A DNA stretch of 32,745 nucleotides. Origin: a virus (taxonomy: Duplodnaviria > Caudoviricetes). Position 1 is the stretch's first letter. Each line of letters opens with the position of its first letter. Shown in pieces: positions 14,001-21,661 of this stretch. Where the stretch lies: IMG/VR virus record IMGVR_UViG_3300043395_001001, positions 1 through 32,745 of that record, one strand, 5' to 3'. The notes under the pieces are model-generated. The model had not been told where the DNA came from and did no database searches. It saw only the letters and a program-made list of their open reading frames with translations. Both the position numbers and the translations under genes were made by a program.

Positions 14001-16241
14001 TTAGCGTCGTGACTGGTAGGCCGTCCTCGGGAAGGCGATCTGCTTGTTGACCATCTCGGCGGCCTTGAGATCGTTGAGGGCGAGGTTCTGCTGCGCCTTG
14101 GCTTGGAGTTCGGCGATCTTGAGCTGTCCGATCTGCTGGGCCAGTTCGAGTTTGAACTGCTCCTGTGCGAGCTTCAACTCGGCGAGAGCCTGCTCGTTGC
14201 CGGGTGCTTGACCCTCGGGCGCTCCGGCTTCCACGCCTTTGCGCTCGGCGGCCTTGATCTTCCGCTCCATGTTGGTCACCACCTGGTTCATGTTGTTGAC
14301 CGCCTCCTTGACCTGCGCGTAGATCGCCGCTTGAGACGGGTCTTGGGCCAGTGCGTCGCCGTGCTCGGCAACGTGGGTGAGGATCGCTTGGAGACCGGGG
14401 AGCATCTGCATCGGGTCCATCTCACCACGCTCGACCTTGTCGAGGATCTCCATGAGAAATGGGATGTGCTCCTGCACGTGGGCGGAGTGGATCTCCTGCG
14501 GGTGGACCGGGATGGTGACGCCTTGGAGGAGCTGGTTGTTCTCCAGCAGGGCCATCTTGGCGTCCACCGGGAGGCGCGGCTCCTCGGGTTCGGTAGCGTA
14601 GTAGTCGGCGTTCTGGTGCCCCATGATGTCCGACACGATCTGGAAGATGAGCCGCTTCTGGCCGATTGAGTCGAGGTTCGGCAGCAGCTCCAGCAGGCGC
14701 TTGTTGAACAGCGCACGGGTGGCGGGGCTGCCCGCTCCGTAGGCGCGGAAGGCATAGGTGTTGTCGTGGTCGATGGCGCGAAGCATCTGCGGGGTGATAC
14801 CTTTGGCCGTGATGCGGCGGTGGAACTCAGCGACGAGCGGGTCTCCGTGCTTCTTGCCCATGACGATCCGCTTGACCATGGTGCGGATGAGTCGGTCAAA
14901 TGAGCTGTAAAACAGGTCGATGGAGCCCGTGTCTCCGGCGCTCGCCTGCTCCAGTGAGGCTTCGACGTTGACCCTGTTCTGGTAGGCGTCGGACGACGGC
15001 GCGGAGAACTGGCTCGCGTTCTCGTCCATCATGTTCTGGGCGCGGTCGAGAAGCGGGTAGAGCGTCTGCTGCATGTTCGGCATCACCCGGCCTTGCACGA
15101 GGCTGAAGCCCTTGGGAAGGATGTCGTATTGGCCGACGCGGGTAATCGTCATGCCCTGAAGCGAGTTGGCCGCTTCGGACTCAAGCAGAGTCCCGGTCGA
15201 GGCGATGTCGAACGCGGTGTTGAGGGTGCGGTTGATGAGCTGCTCCTGTGGGTAGATCAGGTGGCCGAACCCACGGATGGAGTGATAGGTTCCGTTGCCG
15301 ATGCCGTAGGTGAAAAACACGAACGCCTCTTCGGGTGTCCTGTATTTATCCTTCTCAAAGAACAAGAATGGGCCTTCATTATCCTTTTCGACCATGGCGT
15401 AGCTGATCGAACCGTCGAACTCCCGGACGTAGGAGCACACCACTTTGACGTGCTTGAACTTCCGTAGGTTGGTCGTGTCACCGTTCTTGATCTGCCGTTG
15501 GAAGGTTTCGATCTGGTAGGCGTCGAGGCTGTTGCTCATCTCGGTGGCGCGGTGAATCGCGTCCTTGACGGCAGCGACGTTCCAGCCGAGCCGTGCGGCC
15601 TTCTCCTCGTCACGGATGAAGCTGTAAAGCTCCGTCACGGTCATGTGCTTCTCCGCCGTGGCGATGTCGATGCACTCCTCGGTGGCGGGCGTGTCTCGGG
15701 GGATCAGCATGTCGCCGAAGCCGCAGACCGAGAACCGGAAGTTCTCCGTGTCCGGCCAGAAGGCGATGCCGACGCCATGTGCGTTGAACTTGTCAACCAG
15801 TCGCATGAAGCTCGACACGAAGGCGGGCCACTTGCGGATCGTCCGGGTCAGCTCCTCGGACAAGATGCGGGTGATGCGCATCCGTTCGGCCGACTCGCCG
15901 TAGTCCACGGTCAAGGTCATCAGGTGCTTGACCGAGGTGACCATGTCGAGGTAGCCGTTGTTGAGACGGTTCAGACGGGAGCGGCCTTGGAGGAAGTTGG
16001 CGTTGGCCCGTGCTCCCTGACCGTTGGCGTTCAGCGACGCTTGGTTGTAGGGCGGCTCACCATCCAGCGACGCCTGCACGCGGGCTCGGTTCGTCGCATT
16101 GATTTCGTCGTCCCTGCGGTTCTGGGAATGCGCGGAACGGATCATCTCCGGGGAGGTGATCCGGGTTTCAGGGACGTTGCCGTCACTGTCGATATTCGCC
16201 AAGCCAAGGCTGGCGAGTTCCTCAAGACCGGAGAGACTCAT
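14001..16241 (-). CDS. Portal protein (746 aa)
   Basis: Size, position upstream of scaffold and capsid, and a long Gln/Ala-rich coiled-coil C-terminus as in podovirus-type portals. Confidence 0.8.
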   Translation of the reverse strand: MSLSGLEELASLGLANIDSDGNVPETRITSPEMIRSAHSQNRRDDEINATNRARVQASLDGEPPYNQASLNANGQGARANANFLQGRSRLNRLNNGYLDMVTSVKHLMTLTVDYGESAERMRITRILSEELTRTIRKWPAFVSSFMRLVDKFNAHGVGIAFWPDTENFRFSVCGFGDMLIPRDTPATEECIDIATAEKHMTVTELYSFIRDEEKAARLGWNVAAVKDAIHRATEMSNSLDAYQIETFQRQIKNGDTTNLRKFKHVKVVCSYVREFDGSISYAMVEKDNEGPFLFFEKDKYRTPEEAFVFFTYGIGNGTYHSIRGFGHLIYPQEQLINRTLNTAFDIASTGTLLESEAANSLQGMTITRVGQYDILPKGFSLVQGRVMPNMQQTLYPLLDRAQNMMDENASQFSAPSSDAYQNRVNVEASLEQASAGDTGSIDLFYSSFDRLIRTMVKRIVMGKKHGDPLVAEFHRRITAKGITPQMLRAIDHDNTYAFRAYGAGSPATRALFNKRLLELLPNLDSIGQKRLIFQIVSDIMGHQNADYYATEPEEPRLPVDAKMALLENNQLLQGVTIPVHPQEIHSAHVQEHIPFLMEILDKVERGEMDPMQMLPGLQAILTHVAEHGDALAQDPSQAAIYAQVKEAVNNMNQVVTNMERKIKAAERKGVEAGAPEGQAPGNEQALAELKLAQEQFKLELAQQIGQLKIAELQAKAQQNLALNDLKAAEMVNKQIAFPRTAYQSRR

Positions 16242-16254
16242 GCCGTTTTGTAAC

Positions 16255-16515
16255 TTAGTTGCATCTACTGGTCAAGATCGTGTCAAGAGCGCGGTTGGAG
16301 ATCAAGACACCGTCCCCGTCAGCGGGAGCGTATTTGTCGTAGTGGTGCTCCAGCATCGCCAGCAGGGCCACGTCGCGGCCGTTGCGGGGGAACACGCGCC
16401 ACCATTTCCCGGTGACGTGTTCGGTCCCGAACTTGATGTCGGAGAGATTTTCGGGGCGCGGGACGATGACTTCGGGGTCAATCTCCTGCCTGGCTGTCAG
16501 GTGCATCATGTTCAT
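16255..16515 (-). CDS. Hypothetical protein (~86 aa; start uncertain, 16515 or 16542)
   Basis: Fills the gap before the portal and overlaps the end of the upstream gene. Confidence 0.6.
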   Translation of the reverse strand: MNMMHLTARQEIDPEVIVPRPENLSDIKFGTEHVTGKWWRVFPRNGRDVALLAMLEHHYDKYAPADGDGVLISNRALDTILTSRCN

Positions 16516-17122
16516 CTTGGGTAGGCTTGAAAGGTTTGGCACGGAGCACGCTCATGTCGGCTCCCCGGGACTCGGGTGCTGCGGTCTTGGTTCCGGCGCT
16601 GCGGTCCTTGATGACGTTGAGGACACGGACCAGATCCGCGTAGTCCTTCAGCGGGGGACGGTCGGCCATGAAGGCCTTGACCTCGTCCAGAAGACCGAGC
16701 ACCACCAGCTTGTCGAGGATCTCAGCGGTGTCCTGCGAGTCCTTCACGTCCTCGGTGAGCTTCTGCTGATACGCCTCCAAGGCGTTGAGCACGGGGCGGG
16801 GTGCCGGGTTGAACGTCTTGCGGTTGACGATCTGGTCCTCGGTCCCGGCGAGCGGCTCCAGCATCGGCAGAGCGCTGTCGTCCACGTCGTCCTTGGCTTT
16901 TTTCCGAATCGCCTTGTCGATGTCGCCCTTCTTGCGGAGGACGAACTTCTTGCGCCACCGGGAGAGCGTCGGCGCGGAGATGCCGGAGTGGCAGGCAATC
17001 TGGTAGTCGGAGTAGCCCTGAACCATCAGCTCGCGGATGTGATCGACAAACGCCTGCGGGTATCGACCGCCCTTGCGGGGAGGTGCTCCGATGGGTTTGA
17101 GTGTCACCATTGCGTTTGCCAT
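16478..17122 (-). CDS. HTH protein, probable terminase small subunit (214 aa)
   Basis: Start re-called at ATG 17122; RYPQAFVDHIRELMVQGYSDYQIACHSGISAPTLSRWRKK HTH followed by helical segments; adjacent to terL. Confidence 0.65.
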   Translation of the reverse strand: MANAMVTLKPIGAPPRKGGRYPQAFVDHIRELMVQGYSDYQIACHSGISAPTLSRWRKKFVLRKKGDIDKAIRKKAKDDVDDSALPMLEPLAGTEDQIVNRKTFNPAPRPVLNALEAYQQKLTEDVKDSQDTAEILDKLVVLGLLDEVKAFMADRPPLKDYADLVRVLNVIKDRSAGTKTAAPESRGADMSVLRAKPFKPTQDEHDAPDSQAGD

Positions 17123-17206
17123 GTGGCGCGAGTATCCACGCTGTCGCGGGCATTGCAAGAACAATCGGCTTGCAAATGCAAGAAAATTGCGGTAAGGGTG
17201 CGGCGG
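17123..17206. promoter_or_regulatory. Divergent promoter region between the putative terS and terL
   Basis: Two self-complementary TTGCAA hexamers (17153-58, 17170-75), each followed on opposite strands by an imperfect -10 close to an ATG. Confidence 0.45.
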
Positions 17207-19054
17207 ATGACCACACGACGCAAGACCGCTTTGTTCAAGCGGTTCCACCCGAAACGCCTCGACACCGGGGCTTGGGAACTCCCGAACGGCCTCGGCATCA
17301 TTCCGGCCTGCAACGAGATCACCGCTGTTCTCAAGGCGGCTCGGCACACCGATGATCCCGAGGCATTGGAGTATTACTACTGGTGGTGCGCCGACTACTG
17401 GTGGAACCAAGACGCCGATGACATGCAGATGGCCCGCCACAAGTGGGCGCACCGGATGATCTACCACGCCTGCCGGGAGCAACACCTCGCGGTCGGCGGG
17501 TCCGCGTCGTCGGGGAAATCCCACACCATGGCAGGCTGGGCGCTGTTCCAGTTCATGCGGATGCCGGAGTCCACCACAGTTCTCGTCACCTCCACGGATC
17601 TGAAGGGCGCACGGAAGCGGATCTGGGGCTCCATCGTCAAGTTGATGACCTACATCGACTACCCGCCGTGGCGTGTCAAGGACGCCATCGGGAGCTTGTC
17701 CTACGAGAGCGGCAACAAGACCCCGGCCCGCGAAGGTATCCACATCGTCACGGCCGACAAGTCGTCCGACAAGAACAAGGTGGGTAAGCTCATCGGTATC
17801 AAGTCGAAGCGGGTCATCCTCATTGCTGACGAGCTTGGTGACATGGGGCCGAACATCCAGGAAGCGGCGTTCAACCTTCGCAAGAACCCGTCTTTCCAGA
17901 TGATCGGCATGTCCAACCCCGGCTCACGCTTCGACCCCTTCGGCGTCTTCGCCGAACCGGAACATGGTTGGGACAGCGTCAACGTCGAGGCCGACAACGA
18001 GTGGCGCACCCGTCTCAAGGGTCTCTTCATCCGGCTCGACGCGGAAGACTCGCCGAACCTTGACCCGGAAGATCCGGAGAAGGACTGGCTCACGGGCTTC
18101 CACTTCGACTACCTCCCCAGTCAGCGGTCGATTGAGGAAGACCTTGACGCCACGCTCGCTCCGACACGGGACGAGGCGCGGAAGTCGCGCAGCTACATGC
18201 GCTTCAACCGGGCGATCTTCTTCGACTCGGACGACGACGACACGATCTACTCCGAAGCCGACATCCGCAAGGCGCGGGCCGACACGGCGACCGAGCTGAA
18301 GAACGTGACGCTGGTTGCGGGCGTTGACCCGTCGTTCTCCAGTGGTGGGGACAAGACCGTGATGGCCGTCTGCGAGGTTGGCTGGGACGCCTACGCCCAG
18401 CTCTGTGTCCAGTTGAAGGAGTTGGTTTACCTCCACGAGGACATGACCAACAAGGCCGATCCCCGGACGCTCCAGATTGCCGAGGCCATCCGCCGCGAGT
18501 GCGTGAAGCGCAAGATCAAACCCGAGAACGTCGGCATCGACGCCACGGGTGGCGGCGGCGGTGGCCTGTGCGACATGCTCCAGCTCCAGTGGAACGACCA
18601 GTTTCTCCGCGTCCAGTTCGGCGGCAAGGCGTCGGATCGGAAGATCAAGAATGACAGCAAGGTCGTCGCATCGGATCGCTACTACAACCGGGCATCCGAG
18701 CTGTTCTTCGTCGGCAAGCAGTTCCTCCTCGGTCGCCAGATTTACGGTCTGCCCAACGTCATCATCAAGCAGATGTGCAACAGGTCCTACCTGACCAAGA
18801 AGACCAGCAGGGGTGTAGTGTTGCAGGTCGAGCCGAAGGAGAAATACAAGGGCCGCACCGGGTCATCGCCCGACGAGACCGATGCGTTCCTCGTCGCAGT
18901 CGAGACCGCCCGTGTCCGCCACGGGTTCCTCGCCGCCGACCCGGTGAAGGAGCGACCGGAGCCGAACGCACTAGCGCGGTGGCTCAAGAATCAGGAGTTC
19001 ATCCGCAATCCGTTCGACCCGTCGTTGCTCGGGCACCACGCTAACTTGGCGTGA
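17207..19054 (+). CDS. terL: Terminase large subunit (615 aa)
   Basis: Start re-called at ATG 17207. Walker A GGSASSGKS, Walker B VILIADE, coupling motif GMSNP, RNase H-like nuclease motifs AGVDPSFSSGGD, GIDATG and SSPDETDA. Confidence 0.92.
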   Translation: MTTRRKTALFKRFHPKRLDTGAWELPNGLGIIPACNEITAVLKAARHTDDPEALEYYYWWCADYWWNQDADDMQMARHKWAHRMIYHACREQHLAVGGSASSGKSHTMAGWALFQFMRMPESTTVLVTSTDLKGARKRIWGSIVKLMTYIDYPPWRVKDAIGSLSYESGNKTPAREGIHIVTADKSSDKNKVGKLIGIKSKRVILIADELGDMGPNIQEAAFNLRKNPSFQMIGMSNPGSRFDPFGVFAEPEHGWDSVNVEADNEWRTRLKGLFIRLDAEDSPNLDPEDPEKDWLTGFHFDYLPSQRSIEEDLDATLAPTRDEARKSRSYMRFNRAIFFDSDDDDTIYSEADIRKARADTATELKNVTLVAGVDPSFSSGGDKTVMAVCEVGWDAYAQLCVQLKELVYLHEDMTNKADPRTLQIAEAIRRECVKRKIKPENVGIDATGGGGGGLCDMLQLQWNDQFLRVQFGGKASDRKIKNDSKVVASDRYYNRASELFFVGKQFLLGRQIYGLPNVIIKQMCNRSYLTKKTSRGVVLQVEPKEKYKGRTGSSPDETDAFLVAVETARVRHGFLAADPVKERPEPNALARWLKNQEFIRNPFDPSLLGHHANLA

Positions 19055-19412
19055 CTAGAGTAGCCCGAGAACACCCGAAGCGGTGTCCGGTGCATGGGTC
19101 AACCCCCATCTCTCGCAGCGTGGCGAATGCTTCCGGCGCGAGTATCCCAGACGGTGCCTTGTATCCTTGCGTTTTCTGAAGGCACTCGGGGCATTTTCCT
19201 TCCTGCACCAGCCCCACCATGCGCTCCAGTCGCTCAATTCTCTTTTCCGGTATCTGGCTTTCTAGGTGGTCGCGGAGCCTCTCCACATCAGACCACCGGA
19301 CCCATTCGCCGTCAGGCTGTTCTTCCATCACGGAATCTATTAGCGCGGTACGCACCATTCGGTGCGGGGTCTGTTCGACAGTCACGTTGGATTTGAAGCT
19401 GTATCGTTGCAT
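19041..19412 (-). CDS. Hypothetical accessory protein with CxxC and C-terminal Cys/His (123 aa)
   Basis: Lower GC; EQPDGEWVRWSDV motif, CPEC and DPCTGHRFGC; converges on and overlaps the terL end. Confidence 0.65.
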   Translation of the reverse strand: MQRYSFKSNVTVEQTPHRMVRTALIDSVMEEQPDGEWVRWSDVERLRDHLESQIPEKRIERLERMVGLVQEGKCPECLQKTQGYKAPSGILAPEAFATLREMGVDPCTGHRFGCSRATLVTPS

Positions 19413-19414
19413 GG

Positions 19415-19612
19415 TTAGCTTGGCGTGATGACAAGGTCGTGAGATTGCGGCGTTTTCCCTTCCTCCCCAAGAGTTAAAAGAAGCGTGGCGTGTTCTTGCT
19501 CGCTCAGAACTTCGGATTGACCCCTCTTGAGGTAGATGCCTTTTCCTGGATTTGGACTATCTGTCCCTTGGAGAAACCAGAATGTTCCTTCCCCTTGGTA
19601 TGTGATCTTCAT
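19415..19612 (-). CDS. Hypothetical accessory protein (65 aa)
   Basis: Start re-called at ATG 19612 (MKITYQGEG...); lower GC; stop lies 2 nt before the next ATG. Confidence 0.6.
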   Translation of the reverse strand: MKITYQGEGTFWFLQGTDSPNPGKGIYLKRGQSEVLSEQEHATLLLTLGEEGKTPQSHDLVITPS

Positions 19613-19665
19613 GGCGTCGTTCCTCGCACGCGCCCCCACCGCCGTCAAGTGAAATCGTCCGCTAT

Positions 19666-19694
19666 TTGACAACCCTCTTGACAGCCGCTATCCT
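19666..19694 (+). promoter_or_regulatory. Sigma70-like promoter, probably leaderless
   Basis: TTGACA (19666-71), N17, TATCCT (19689-94), 6 nt, ATG (19701). Confidence 0.7.
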
Positions 19695-19700
19695 GCGCCC

Positions 19701-20636
19701 ATGGCTGAATCGCTGCTCAATCAACGCCGGATGCTCACGCGCTCGCTCCGGGACAAAGAGGGGAACCGCATCCGGGGCATGGGGATCAGGTCGGCAGAGA
19801 ACGCACGAGTTGAGCAGGACTACATGGAGCGAGCACAGCGCGGCGTCGCCAACATGCAGATGCAGCAGCTCCGGAGTCAAGCGAGAGATGCCGCCCCGGA
19901 TACGGGTGCCACTGATGCCGCTGCCCCGACGATGTCCGCAAGCGAGCAGCTCGCCGCCGACCGAAAGAGCCGCATGGACTACTACGCCCGGATCAACGGA
20001 AGACCTGCTGCCCCGGCTGCTGGCGCTCCGGCCACGGGTGGGGCTCCTGCGACTACTCCCGCTGCGGGCGCTCCGGCTACCACCCCGACTCCGGCCACGG
20101 GCACCCCGAACCTCGTCAGCGCGAACACCGATCTCTACCGTCGCAGCCTTCTCCGACAGAAACAGGACGAACTCGATACCGCGAACGCTGCCAAGTCCCG
20201 TGAACAGGGTCTCGCCGCAACGCAGAACCGGATTCTCGCAGGGGGCCCCAGTGCTCTTCAGGCCGAGCGTCAGCGTATGGACGAGGAGCGCACTCAGCGG
20301 CAGGCCGGGATCGACGAGAACAAGCGACGCCAGATGGAGCTTGAACAGTCTCGCCTGCCCACTGGGTCGGCCACCGTGGGCTCACCCAAACCCACTGAGC
20401 CGTTCGCTGCCGACCGGGCCGCCATCGCCGAGGCCCGGTCGTCCACCCAGTCGCTCCTGCGCATGCCGCGTCCGAAGGAGCCGATTGACTCGACAAACAC
20501 GGGGTACCCGAGCCTCCCTCCCCCGGTCAAAGACTCCTCCCGTAACGTAGCCGGGGCCAAGCAGGAGCTATCCAACTGGATGAACAAAACCTATGCCTCC
20601 AGGCGGCCAAGCCTTCTCCAGCGTCCCACTCTCTAA
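19701..20636 (+). CDS. Putative internal virion / ejection protein (311 aa)
   Basis: Ala/Gln/Arg-rich, helical and disordered with PAAGAPAT repeats; no Cys; function inferred from composition. Confidence 0.55.
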   Translation: MAESLLNQRRMLTRSLRDKEGNRIRGMGIRSAENARVEQDYMERAQRGVANMQMQQLRSQARDAAPDTGATDAAAPTMSASEQLAADRKSRMDYYARINGRPAAPAAGAPATGGAPATTPAAGAPATTPTPATGTPNLVSANTDLYRRSLLRQKQDELDTANAAKSREQGLAATQNRILAGGPSALQAERQRMDEERTQRQAGIDENKRRQMELEQSRLPTGSATVGSPKPTEPFAADRAAIAEARSSTQSLLRMPRPKEPIDSTNTGYPSLPPPVKDSSRNVAGAKQELSNWMNKTYASRRPSLLQRPTL

Positions 20637-20642
20637 CCTACC

Positions 20643-21575
20643 ATGGCCGAGTTCTCCTACGAAAGAAATGTTGCTCCCTACACGTCGAAGTTCTTCGGAG
20701 CGATGGCGGCGGACAGGCGGCTTAGCCCCGAGTCCCGGCTGCGCATCCAGACCGAGGTGCTGTCGGGCGTCAACGCCATAGAGGAGCAGCGGCTCAAGCT
20801 CCAAGAAGAGCGCGAGCAGGGTGTCCTGCGCAAGCAACGCATGGACTACGGGCTTCTCCAGATGGAGGAGACCCGGCGTCAGATGCGTGACCGCCAAGCG
20901 AAGGTCGAGAGGTCCACCATGCTCAACCAGTCGCTCCGGAGTGTCCTTGACGATCCGAGCCTCAGCCCCGAGGAGAAGCGTCAGCGCGTTGCCAAGACCG
21001 CACTGGAGAACGCCGACGATGACGACGTGCGCACCCAGGCGATGTTCGCCATGGAGTCTCTGCCGACGGTGCAGAGGGAGAAGCGCGAAGGCATGACAAT
21101 GGCGCAGACTCTTGAGGTCGCCGCAAGTGGCATCGACCCGGAGATCATCGCCTCCGGTGACCCGATTCTCATCGGCCGCGCCATGGCACAGAAGGCCCAA
21201 GAGAAGGACGCCGCCGACGCGGAAGCGAAACGCGCCTCCGAGAACAAGGAACTTCGTAAGCAACTTCTGACGAAACCGATGAAGTTCAAGGACAAATACA
21301 AGCAGGACGACCCGGACTACTTGGAAGACGAGAGCCACAATGCCGCCAAGGTCATCATCCAGTTTGGCACGCCCGAGGAGCAGAAAGCCTTTGAGGCAGC
21401 GGGTCGGAGCAACAACGACACCGAGAGAGCACGCATCGCGCAGGCCATCCAAGTCCGCGAGATCAGCAAGCTGCTGTCGGAGCAAGCCACACCCCGTGGC
21501 CAAGCCACACCCCGTGGCCAAGCCCCGTCCTCCGTTGACAAGAAACGTCAGACTTTTGACAGCGTCCTTCGGTGA
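20643..21575 (+). CDS. Putative internal virion / ejection protein (310 aa)
   Basis: Coiled-coil and Glu/Gln/Arg-rich; starts 6 nt after the previous gene; ends with an 18-bp tandem repeat (21483-21518, QATPRG x2). Confidence 0.55.
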   Translation: MAEFSYERNVAPYTSKFFGAMAADRRLSPESRLRIQTEVLSGVNAIEEQRLKLQEEREQGVLRKQRMDYGLLQMEETRRQMRDRQAKVERSTMLNQSLRSVLDDPSLSPEEKRQRVAKTALENADDDDVRTQAMFAMESLPTVQREKREGMTMAQTLEVAASGIDPEIIASGDPILIGRAMAQKAQEKDAADAEAKRASENKELRKQLLTKPMKFKDKYKQDDPDYLEDESHNAAKVIIQFGTPEEQKAFEAAGRSNNDTERARIAQAIQVREISKLLSEQATPRGQATPRGQAPSSVDKKRQTFDSVLR

Positions 21576-21618
21576 TGCTACCCTGACCCTGTTCCGGAGA
21601 TGGGGTCTCTGAGAATAG

Positions 21619-21653
21619 GCCCCTGCCCGGTCGCTACCTTAACGGGCAGGGGC
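21619..21653. terminator. Hairpin terminator between convergent genes
   Basis: GCCCCTGCCCG (21619-29) / CGGGCAGGGGC (21643-53), followed by TTT on plus and CTATTCT on minus. Confidence 0.75.
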
Positions 21654-21661
21654 TTTACTGC

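Noticed and set aside
16382-17206. 275-aa N-terminal extension of TerL in the track (and the 17123..17743 extension of the HTH gene)
   Set aside because: Each is the antisense shadow of the other gene; terminase motifs start only after ATG 17207.
19038-19428. Integron attC-like ends (CTAAC / GTTAG) around the 123-aa gene
   Set aside because: They do not match RYYYAAC/GTTRRRY, there is no long imperfect palindrome, and no integrase is present.
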